From Lingula anatina (Eukaryota; Animalia; Brachiopoda), in the NCBI GenBank assembly GCA_051362555.1, contig CM120640.1, positions 58,320,788 to 58,384,787 on the forward strand: a stretch of DNA of 64,000 nucleotides. Reading direction: 5' to 3'. The translations under genes were made by a program, and so were the position numbers. A model generated the notes under the pieces. The model was not told the origin of the DNA. It saw nothing but the letters and a program-made list of their open reading frames with translations, and made no database searches. Positions 1 through 11,904 of this stretch are shown here, piece by piece; within the stretch, counting starts at the first letter, position 1, and each line of letters starts with the position of its first letter.

Positions 1-91
1 TATATTCATAAATAGAGTTCCCAGTTCTACGAAACCTGCTGGGGTTGTGGATGTATCTGTGCTATTGACATGTCATATTATTAATTTCAAG

Positions 92-194
92 ATGGAAGAG
101 GAATCCAGGGAGTCTGCTGCAGGCAGAGGGTCAGACAGTAAAGAGGACAGACATGGACATGGAGGTTATTGCTTTTTTATTGCTTTCTTTCTTC

Positions 195-241
<47 letters not shown>

Positions 242-1140
242 TTTTCATATCATTTATTTTAACAGTTTAGATCTGTTTCTTTGGAATAAAATGCCTTTAC
301 TTGTGAAGAAAGTCATTTTAAATTAAATCATTTGTTTAATTTGATTCACTGCAGTATATTGTAAGTGGGATATTCTTTATTTATAAATTGTTTGTGAAGA
401 CAAACTTGTAACATATGCAGTTCTCTGTAAGTTGTCTCTCATGTAGTACTGATATTACTTATAACAGAGGCATGGTGCTTAATAATGACATTTAAAAAAC
501 CCAATAAAGCAGAGAAATGATCAATAAAAGTACATTAAATTGACAAATAATGTATTCTTCTTCAGACATGGGTCCCATAGGTTCTCCTCTAACTCCTGGA
601 GGCTCGGGTCCTATGAGTTCAGCCAGTCTCATGAGGGAGAGTGACATTCGCCCAAGCATGAATGACCTGCAGAACATATTTGATACTTCAGATGATGACA
701 GCAATGATGATGCAGTAAGTTGGTTTAAGTTTTCATTGAATGGTAATGTTTTATGTAATGAGTTTCATTTGCATTACATGTTGAGGTATGACTATTTTAA
801 GTTCACTTCAGTTATGGTATTATAGTGTTTTACTTTGTTTTCCAACTTTGAAGTCTTCTTAACACGTTTTATAACATTCAAGATGAAATATGTTTCATCT
901 AAAGGGGACCATTTAAATAATTTTTCCTTTTATCTTAATTAAAAAGGCTTGTGCTACATCTTAATCCGTACATTTCAGTATTTTTTAAATAGTATTATTT
1001 CCAGTTTCAGCCTCCTTCCCCTCCACCCAGCAATAAACCAGAAGAAACCACCATTAAGTCAGCAAAGACAACACTTGTCAATTCAGGAGGTTCTGGTGCC
1101 ATCGGTATGTATTTACAATAAAACTGCAATAATAAAACTG

Positions 1141-1173
<33 letters not shown>

Positions 1174-4100
1174 TCCAGTGCAAACATTTTTTTACTGTAA
1201 AAGCTAAAGGTGAAAAAAATATTGTGTAAAGCCTGCAACAAGGCAATATTTCTGAAATCACTGAATACTTGTAAGTTTAAGCTATTTGCCAAGTTTTGTC
1301 ATGCTCAGTTAATGAACCATACATTTTGTTTATCTATCAGTTTTTAATTATCCTATTAAATGTCAAATTTTAGAGCATCTCCAAATATAGTATGCTGTTT
1401 CATTTTTCTGTTGAACCAGATACTACTCAGTTATCAAGGATGTTCCCCACCCCACCTTCCCAGGAGAACAACATGGCCCACTCCCCTTGTACAGGAACTG
1501 ATGTCCACACTGACCCCTCTTCAGTGCTGGATTCCAGAGTGGACCATTTTGCTCAGATGAGCCCATCACATGAAAACAGGGTAAAAATCAGAAACATATT
1601 CACTTATTGTCATTCACCTCTGTCCATCTGAAGTTTCCTTCATCTTATATTGTAGATAAAATAAATGTCATAAGAATTCAAGTAGGTGTGTAATAATCTG
1701 TAAATTGGCAAATTGGATTTAAATTGGAAAAGGGAAAAGGTTGGTAGCTATAAAATCTGTATAGTAACAGCTAAAAATAACTTTGCCCTTAAAATTTAAA
1801 TATTTGATACAGGGGTGTTGCTGGATTCTTCTGTTGATTAACAATGGGATCTAATTATCACTTATTTAAGGATCCAAGTATTCTATTTTTCCCCTTGTAG
1901 GCTGTTGTTATCTAAGTTTGTTGAAATTCTAAGAAATGGGAACAAAATTCATCAATATGAAATCAAAAAGTAATTCAAACAATACTGAATTGGCAATATA
2001 CGTATAACATATTGATTGTTCAAAGTTAGTAGCTCACATTTCCTCTACACCTATCCTGCAGGACTGGAGCTTTGTATTCAGACCACCGCCTTCAGCAAAG
2101 TTTGTGGGTTCTGACAAATATGGTCCTATTGATCTACCGAGTGCAAAGATGTCTCCAGTCCATGTTCCTGTGGAGCTGGCTTATAGACCATCTTGGCAGT
2201 TTCCCATCCCAGTCATTGAGAAACATCATCCTCCAGCTAAGTAAGTTCACATGTGATCCATGTGTGTTAAATACATGTTAGACACTTGTTATACCACCAG
2301 TGATTGGACAAGAATTGAAGTTGGTGATGACTTAAATGCCTAATGTGCTAAATGCTTCATTCATTGATTGAAGATGTTTGAAGACCAAATGCTTTGTGAA
2401 ACTGTAGACAAATGGTCAGAGGTATTGAAATGTTTGTGCTGTTGACAGCTCAATTTCTGTTGTTGTAATGAATTTTTAATTAGATTTCTTATTTTTTTGC
2501 ATCTTTTTACAGTCAAATCCTCCCAGGTGTCCCTGTAGCAGAAAGTACGCCAGTCAGAGGTTTGGGAGAAAAACCTCATCCCTCTCCAGCGACCTTCACG
2601 GGGACTTCCCCTGGGTCTGCAGGGTACATAGGGCACTCACCTGCAGCTTACCCTGGTCCAGGGACCTCTCCAGCAGCTTTCACAGGTAGCATGCCTGGGG
2701 CTTCTCCAGCAGCATTCCATGGGATGGTCCAGCAACGGACCCCTGCAAGTTATGATCTGCAATCTCCTGCTTCAAATGCATCATCATATCTGAATAAAAA
2801 TTTGAGTTCTGTTGATAATCAAGGCACAAACTTACAGATGCCTGAAGCCCATGGGCTGGTATTGAATATAGTACTCTCTGAAACCCTGCTCAATTTATTC
2901 AAGGATCATAATTATGACAGTTGCAATATTTGTGTGTGTCAAGGGAACATCAAGGGGAGCGATGTTGGGCTTTATCTGGATGACCCAACCAATGAGCCTC
3001 AATACAGGTGCACTTGTGGCTTCAGTGCTGTCAGGAACAGAATATGTGGTCAGAACAGTGGATTATTCTACGAAGATGAACTAGAAATCACTGGAATTCC
3101 CCATGATCATTATGAAAGGAGGAAACCCAGTTTGTTAGCAATAGAACCGAAGAAGGATGAAAATGGAGTCAGTAAAACTGGGTCTTCAACACTGTCTAGT
3201 GATATACCACAAGATTTGTTGTTACTGCTCCAGGAAACTTTCTCTTTCTTCTTCCCAGCTTCAGCATTCAGGATATATAACCAGCTGGGCAGCCTTGGGG
3301 GAGCCCCACTGGATACACCATTAATGGAGATTAAAGGTGAGTAATGGTTGTGGAAGAAATGGATAAGTGGTTTTTTTCTGTCTCCTTTTTAACTGTCTTT
3401 TAAACAAGCTGTTTTAAAGTTCACTTAGGATTCCGAAGGAATGGAAATAGGAAAATTAAGTCTAAATCCATTTTTTAGTATTCTTCAATGTAAATGATGT
3501 AAATGTCTATGTGGAGCTAAGGGCCACTAGCTGCAATGCTTTAGATTTTAGCTAAAGAGATGTGGTGAGAATTATTTTCCTATAGTGGATTTTATACTGA
3601 AGGTGAGACTGGTAATGACACTCACAGAACACACAGAAGTGCTTAACTAATATAAAATCAATATGATTTGTGCAATAGATGTTTGATTCCATATTGTCTG
3701 TGGTTTTATAGTTATGCTTTATTGTTGCATTGCAGATGGTTGTGATGCATGTTACACTGCCCTTGAGCAGGGAAGACAAGCCACAGATAACTGCTCTTCA
3801 CAGAAATTGGAAGAATCTGTTGTCAAGGCTTCCTGCCTGCACAAGTGGCCTTACACACACAGTAAGTTGAGAAGGCCATAATACAGGATTACTAAATGAC
3901 TTTTTTATGGGAAGTGAAGGGTTATTAAGAAGAAAAGGCAATAGTGGATAACACAAGTGTAGGAACAGCTGAATGTGTGTTTTTAATATATTCCACATAA
4001 TAGCCATATGAAATATCATATTTGGTTCCCTTGGAAAGAGAAATATTGTCTATGGGTTTAGGTAACTTCATAATGTTATAATAGGTAATGCTCTCTGTGC

Positions 4101-5138
4101 AATGAGTGCATTTATATGAATGAAAATAGGATATATGAATTTGGTTAAGATTGATGTGCAAAGTAAAACATTGTTCACATTTGTACAGGAGGTGCCATCT
4201 TGCCAACCAACCCACAAGATGTGGTGCGATTATTGAAGTCTCTACAACCACTCCTCCAAGATGCAATACAAAAGAAACGTACCACAAGGTTATGGGAGCA
4301 GGTGTACCAGATCAGTGGGCCATTGTCGTGGAAAGATTTCCACTTGCTTGCAGGAAGAGGTTAATTGATTTTCTTTTCTTTTTTTTATAAAGTCTATGTT
4401 CATAAAAAAAAATCACAACTGCTGTTAAGGACAAGATGTTTATTTGCTTATAGGAAAGTTTACTTGTGACTGCATTTGAATGGTGGGAATAGTCAAGATA
4501 TCATTTCTGTCATAGTTGAAAATCAAAAATGTGAAAAGATGATTTGATATAAAAATTTGAACCATTTCTATTTACTTCTAGGATCTGATGAGGCACATGA
4601 ACCTCAGCCTATTCCTTCACTATTGGTGGGATATGACCGGGATTGGTTATCACAGTCACCATTGGCAATCAAATTCTGGGTAAGAGTTCAGGCTGCATTG
4701 CCTGCTCTGTTTATTACATTTTAAAATTTTAACCTGTATAATGAACTTATATCTGGTTATGATCTCAGTCCTCAGAATTTTATTTTATTTTTTCCAGGAT
4801 AAACTTCTGCTTGAGCCTTACTGCAAACCTCGAGACATCGCATATGTTGTGGTCGCACCAGAAAATGATTTTGTTTTAAATTATGTGAGGAATTTTTTCA
4901 AAGACCTGAGCACCATGTATGAGTTGTGCAGGCTAGGAAGACACAGTCCTATTGACAAGGTTCTGAGAGATGGTATCATGAGGGTAGGAAAAACAGCAGC
5001 AAGGAAACTTGCTGAGGAACCTGTGGATGCCTGGTTTACTCAGATAGGTAGGATTGCAAATGAAATACAACCAGTGCATGTTATTGTAAACTTCATTTTT
5101 ATGAATATTTCAAGGTAACCAATTACACATGCTTCAGG

Positions 5139-5180
<42 letters not shown>

Positions 5181-8100
5181 AAAAAGGGAATGAAAATAAT
5201 TTCAGGCAGAGTATTACAATTAAAAGGTATTTTTGTTCTTGGACTTGGTGATAAAATTATTACATTGTTACTTTCAGGTGATTCTGTTGTTGCATCTAAG
5301 CTGAAACTGTATGCACAAGTATGCAAACATCATCTTGGTAAGCTAAAATATTTTCTTTGCATAATTTTATAACTTGATAGTATCTGCTTGAAATTTGTTT
5401 GATTTTGCGAGTCAGGAGATGCAAGTTATGTAAGGAGTGGGATTTTATTTAAGTATTTGACATATACAAGAGGCACTTTTTTTTTTCTACATAAAATGTC
5501 ATGATCAAAAGACAAATAGTAGATATGAATTCTGCTTTCTTTTAAGCCCCATTTTTGTCCCAAACCCCACTGGACAAGATGTTTAGTCCTGGCGGCGGAC
5601 GGTCTACCTATAAATCTGCTGCACACTCGGCTCCTTCTCCTGCACACACACCTGATGGCCAGGGAGCTGCCACACCAAACCACAACGATGACAAAGATAG
5701 AGGTAGGGAATCTGCTTTTCTTAACAGCTTAGGCCAATATTGAGATGACTATTTATACCAGTGATTGATTATTATAATTACAAAGTTAAACATTATTTTA
5801 TGGTACAATTTTTTTTATGTCACACTTAATAATGAGGTATTTATAAAAACTTGGAAGTCACCTGAACGATGAAACAGAAAAATTAAATAAATTATGTCCA
5901 ATTTTCAGATTTTGGATCAGAGGCTTCAGGCCATGGCAGTCATGGGGATGGTGACCATGATGAAGCATCTGAGGTGCCAGCTTTAATGGTGTACATAGTT
6001 GACCCATTTACCCAGGGCCAGCAGTGGGAAGGCATCAGTAGACTCTCTATGATGGGACTTCTCAGGTGCTATCAAGAGTTAATCAATAACTTGCCTGAGA
6101 GCTTACAGAACAATGTGCACTTGCAGGTAAGGGTGTTGATGATGAAGAAGATGGATAAATTGGTTATTAGTATCAACACGCTTTAGTAAGTCCCAAAGTA
6201 TACATAACATTTAGAAGATTTCAGATAATTATACTCACTGAAAGTTGGGGTGGGATTATTTGCTGCTTTTGTAATATAGAGTTTTTGGAATAACTGTGAA
6301 TTCTCCATCTTTTCTTCTGTTCCAGATATTGCCTCTCCAGACCATCCTAGATCGCAGTGGGGATTGTAACCATATGCAGCACATGAAATCCATGGCCTTC
6401 TCTATCTTTAGTCAGTGTAGGCAGGCCCTGACACACACTGTGGTAGGAAGGACTCTCACAGGATTTGGTCCAGCTGCAGCTGCTGAAGCTATTTGCAAAA
6501 GAAGCATGGTGAGTCTGTAGTCTTGTTGCTTCCACTTCTAATATGTACATTAAAATTTTGTTAATGATCATGGCATTGAAAACAACTTGTATTTTATGGT
6601 GAACTGTCATTGATTTGGGCTTATTTGTTATGTTTCATTTTGATTTTTAAATTGAATTGTCCATGATTTGTGACTGCTGTAGCTGAAGATATAAAATGAA
6701 AAATAATGCAGAGTTCGATCTTTGTAGGACACAATTGACCTACTTTTCACATTGCACTTTCAAATAACAGGCATTCCTGTTTATTCTTTTGATTTATATT
6801 TTTTTTTCATTTAAATGTCTTCCAGCAGGATAAAATGAAGATTCAAAACAAGCTGTATAGTCCACCATATGTCCTAGCCCCCATGAAAGACAAGCAATCC
6901 CAGCTGGCTGAGACTTGTGGAGAGGTCAGAGAGCGGAGTGCCAAGTTTTTCTGTGGTTACTGCCTGTCAGAGGACCAGAGGTGGCTCCTGGCAGTATGCA
7001 CAGATGACAGAGGAGATCTGATGGAGACCTGCACTATTAACATTGAGATTCCAAACAGAAACAGAAGAAAGAAGGCTTCGGCTAGAAAGATTGGACTACA
7101 GAAGCTGTGGGACTTCATTCTTAGTGTGATATCAACTACCACCCTACCTTGGAGACTGGTAATTGGGAGGTTTGGCAGACTGGGGCATGGAGAGTTGAAG
7201 GGTAAGTTCTCCCATGGAGTCTATTCATGACTGTACCAGTGTATTACTAAGACATAACTTTCAATTTTGGTCTGGCTGAGAAAGATCTGGTATTTAGATG
7301 TGTAATGTTTAGGGATACTTTGGTGGAGACTATTTTAGAGATCAGTGAAAAATAATTCAGTTTATTGTTCTTTTTTATTCCTAGATATACTACTTAATCA
7401 AAAACATGCCTGTGTTAAAATTTATCACTTCCATTTATAATACAGAACCAAGTTTATAATAGGAGTCACTTTTGTAAGAATAATATTTTGGGCGAATAAA
7501 AAACATAATATTTCAGTTTTTTAATTGGACTTAAACTGTAGAGGTTTTATGAAACTTGTAAAATAAATTATTTATTATTTTCATGTTAAATTTTAGGTTG
7601 GTCAGGGTTATTGAGTCGAAAGTCCTTATTGCGCGCCAGCAAGCAGATGAGAGATATTTGTGACCAGTGCTCTGTTCTGAGTAATAATGACTACCCCTGC
7701 ATTTTGAGTGCCTGCCTGGTGTCCATGGAGACTCAGAGTACATTCCTGGTACTGCCTGACTCTGTGAAACCAGAGGAGAAAAGGGCCAGCAATGCTCCCC
7801 TAGACACTCCACATGATGCCTCTGTCACACACATATTGGTATTCCCAACATCATCTACAGCTCAGGTAAGTGCATATTGTTAATTATTACAATAAAAAAA
7901 GATGTTTTTAACAATTGTTGTGGGTTATGTACAATTGTTGAATTTTGAAATATTTATTTATCTTCAAGAGTAATAATATAGATAATATGTCGATTGCTAG
8001 AATGACTACTCTAATATTAGAGAGATGATTTTGGACTTTGTAACATCATCATAAATCATACTTTTTTATGTCTAGAAATCTTGCATTACATGATATTTTT

Positions 8101-9656
8101 GGGAGTTATCCATGTCTACTAAATTCTTGCTTTTCACTTTCCAACAGCCCAATACTTCTGCTCAGACAAACGAACATGACTTGGCAGCTCAGCTAGGCAC
8201 AGACCTTGGAGATGATGACCCTCTCTTTGCTGGACTCTCTGAAGATCTGAACATTGATCAAGATCTGAACAGTTTCTTTGGTTTGGCCGACTCTCCCAAC
8301 CAGTCCCCTGTGGGGTCTCCCAAGGCTGATGGCCCAGGTTCACCTGGGATGGGAGTGGGTGGTAGACAGTCTCCTTCTCACTACACACCAGGAGGAAAGG
8401 TGAGAACAATAGATAGTAAAAATAATACAGAGAAACATTTCATCACTAGCTATTTGAGAATGAATTTAGAATTAACATTTTTCACATTGTCATTTTCAGT
8501 AGCAAAGTGAGTGTTTCTTCAGTAGGATAACATTGTTTTTGTCTGTTCAGTCTCATCCGTGTGCTCCTGTAGATTTCTTTAAGTAACTTTTATTAACTTG
8601 AATTCTGTTTCATTTTGTAAAGATTAGCTTATTGAATTTCCTTCAATTTATCTCTGTGACAGACAAACAGAGGAGCATCCATTTCCCTGGACTTGCAAGA
8701 AGAGGCCAATCTTCTGCAGCAGCCATTGGCTATGGGGTACTACCTGTCCACAGCAAAGACTGGGCCACTGCCTAAGTGGTTCTGGTCCTCTTGTCCACAC
8801 AAGGAGAATGTATGCCCTGTCACTTTTAAGGTAGGAAAATCATTTTCTGCAAATGATTTTTGTCATTAAAGATACTTTAAAAATGATGTCCTTGTTTTAT
8901 AAGTTATTTTGTGTTAAAGTGCATATTTAAGCATTGATTAGCTAATAAAACTCATTCTTATGTTGATATTAGATCAAAACAGCATCTCTGTCACTACAAG
9001 CATGTACACATACTCAGGCATGTATTCTGTGTAGTTCTTCTTTTCATCAATTGAAAAATAAAATTCGAACTTGATTATTTTTGCCAAACAATATTCCAGG
9101 CTGCCCTCCATGTGCATGTTCCTATGGTGCAGCAAAATCAGGATGAACTATTCCACACCAATATGAATAAGCTGTCCCATCCACTGGATTCAAATGCCAC
9201 TTGTGATGTTTTAAGGTAAAAAAAGAATAGTTAATTCTCTTAATGTGGTACATTCATGTATTGTTTCAAAGAAATGAACTTTGGGGTGATGATAACATAT
9301 ATTCTTGCAATTTGTTATACATAGATGTAGAATTTGTTGTAAGTTCAAGCACTTCACAGCTATTCTTATCAAAAAAAGAAGTAATTTAAAAAGGAGAAAT
9401 GGTTTTCCTGAAAAGTTTGAACTAATGAGTAGAGAGGCCTTTTTAAGAGAGTTGAAAGCTATGCTTTTTAACTAAAGCGTAATATTTTCTCTTATAACAA
9501 ATAGAATTTAATGTTGTTTTCAGGTATGTCTTGGAGACGTATAATGCTCTGTCATGGCTTACCATTGATCCTGCCAAAAATGACCGTCGCACTTGTCTAC
9601 CAATCCATTTTGCCATCCTCATGCAGATCTACCAAGCCATGAATGTGTTTTTATAA
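92..9656 (+). CDS. MED13: Mediator complex subunit 13 (kinase module), 5'-partial, multi-exon
   Basis: GT-AG exons that splice in frame: 92-164 (may start at 16), 566-714, 1005-1104, 1420-1580, 2062-2240, 2513-3336, 3736-3861, 4189-4359, 4582-4679, 4798-5047, 5278-5337, 5547-5702, 5909-6126, 6326-6508, 6826-7201, 7597-7865, 8148-8399, 8663-8830, 9100-9215, 9524-9656 (TAA). MED13 motifs: [129 protein letters not shown]...RRTCLPIH. Confidence 0.96.
196..243. repeat. (TTTA)n microsatellite
   Basis: Direct reading. Confidence 0.9.
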
Positions 9657-11357
9657 ACATTCAGCAATACTGCAGGTGGAATATCAGTGGTCTTTTTTTA
9701 GAAAGCTCTTTTAAAGCATGTGCAACAAAATTGAACTTGTATTAAAAGTTGAGCTCTGATTTCAACAGTATTTATCATTTATGAATACATTATTGAGAAA
9801 GAAGGGTAGCATGATGCCTGTTTCTTTGAAAAGGCTGCAAGTCTTAGAACTGTTATTCCTTCGTGTCTTCTCTTGTAATATTTGACAAGCATTTAAAGTG
9901 CAATGAAAATGGAACTCTTTGCAGAATAAGAAAGAAATGACATAAAATCTATGTAACGTTTACTTGATGTCATTTTCAAATTGCAATCTAGTCGAAGATT
10001 AGCCATTGTGATATATTTTCATAATATCGAAACAATGGTATATAATTTGGTATGAGATGTATGTATTACTGATACAGTGCAAGCCAGTTGTTCACATGCA
10101 ATTCTTCATAGAAGCATTTTATATCTTGTATATATGAAGGCAGATATGTATATAAAGAATATAAGAAGTGAAAAAAGTGCGAAGAGCATCCTTCAGAAAG
10201 CATAAAATGCTCAGATTCAAGTTCACCTGCCAAAATAGATAAATATTTAAAAATTTCTATCTGGTGTATAGAAGTTGCAATGTTTTATCATCAGTATATA
10301 ATGTTCTGGAACATTTAGATGTCACTCCCATTATTATCAAGGCATTGAATTAAAATAACCGTTGTTTTAGTAAAGGGTAAGGTGTATTTACCAAAACTGA
10401 TCAAATTGTGCAAAAAACACTTTTAGGGTTTCAGATTTAAGGAATATCTTTTCAATTTCAAAATGAAATTGTTGCATTTCTATTTAAAAAGACAAATTTG
10501 TGTGTTGAAAAGGGACCCTCTTTTATGTTGTTGCATATTTTAAATTTTTTCATCAAATTACCTCATTTTCATGATTTACTTTACTTGATTAACTATACTT
10601 TTTTTGTGCGCTGCTGTCTACTTTTTATACCATCTTAATTTTTATAGAACTGTAAATGTCAGCATGTATATGCTTGACCTGAGTTATCAGTATATCATAA
10701 AAAAAAAAGTTTTTCTCTATTTTGGCAAGTAGTTCTCTAGGTATTTATGTCACGGTGTCATCTTGTTGGCTGATGCTTCTATGTGATAGTTGTGTCATGG
10801 GAAGAATAGGGTACAATACAGGCATATTTATTGACTGTTATCAGTGGAAGTGTAGTATATTTTAAGACTAGTTTTGTACAGGTGTATAGCACTGTGCTAC
10901 AATAATGCACGTAATAGATATATTAGAAAATATTTATTATTATAGTGTAAATAGTTGTGCACGATATTCTGAGCCCAGTGGCATTGACGAATAGGTGGTG
11001 AGAAGTAAGGCAACCATACCACAGCTGTGTGAAAAGATAGGAAAACAGGCCTTTACTTGCCTACAGGTGCTTCTGCAACAGCTGTACATTGTGCAACTTT
11101 GTGTGTAGACAGTGCCCATGAAACTTGAATCAGAAAAAATGGTCACACAATCATGTATAATCTTTATCATGTTGTAGTTGTGATGCTTGGTTAAAAAATC
11201 ATGGAGATGTGATATATCATCAGCTGTTGCCATGTATAGTAGCTGTGAAAATTCCAAATATTTTAGCAGTTCAGATTATAATCCAACGTAACTGTAAGTT
11301 AAACTATTGAAATTGTTATATTTTCTTGGTTGGAAGTACAGTAGCCAGCCATGCAAA

Positions 11358-11401
11358 AATAAAATTATAATCAAAATAAGCTTGGTTTATGTTTATTTAT
11401 T
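11358..11401. terminator. Convergent polyadenylation signals for MED13 (+) and PIGL (-)
   Basis: AATAAA at 11358-11363 is the first canonical + signal I find after the MED13 stop. TTTATT at 11396-11401 and 11392-11397 are the first minus-strand AATAAA after the PIGL stop. Confidence 0.45.
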
Positions 11402-11904
11402 GCACATTCCCATAAAAAAGACACTTTGCATGATGTAAATAAATTAAAATGGTACAATTATCAACTTCAAGATCATTTGAACTGTGGTAAACACAACACA
11501 CCAGAAATACTAACACTGATTGACTAAAGGACATCTATACTAAATTGAAAACATGGACACGCTGACATGAATATAGCTGTTAACAGGTCAATATGGTGGT
11601 TTTGAGCAAGAAACACTTGAGAAAACAAAAAGTAGTGCACCATAAATTCCATGTGTATGATGGAAAGTTCACGTTTATGACATTTCTAGTTCTCACTATA
11701 TGCAAAGGTCCTTAATCTTTTCAGATTTAAGTCAAAATGGGCCTAATGAGTGAACCAGATTTTACTGTGATCTTCTGTTTGTTACATATTTGTTGGGTGT
11801 AAACATTGCATCTCCTTAAAATACTGCATTAACCAGAGGACTGACTCTTTCAAGCCTAGGGATATCAAAGCACTTTGCCCAGCAACGGTTTATCACATGG
11901 ATAG

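Noticed and set aside
4525-4570. Minus-strand [13 protein letters not shown] resembling the PIGL C-terminus
   Set aside because: Bounded by stops inside a MED13 intron; the true last exon is 12012-11905.
11840-11900. INRCWAKCFD resembles a small-Tim CX3C motif
   Set aside because: Only one CX3C, no second motif at the expected spacing, and it lies in the PIGL 3' UTR/alternate frame.
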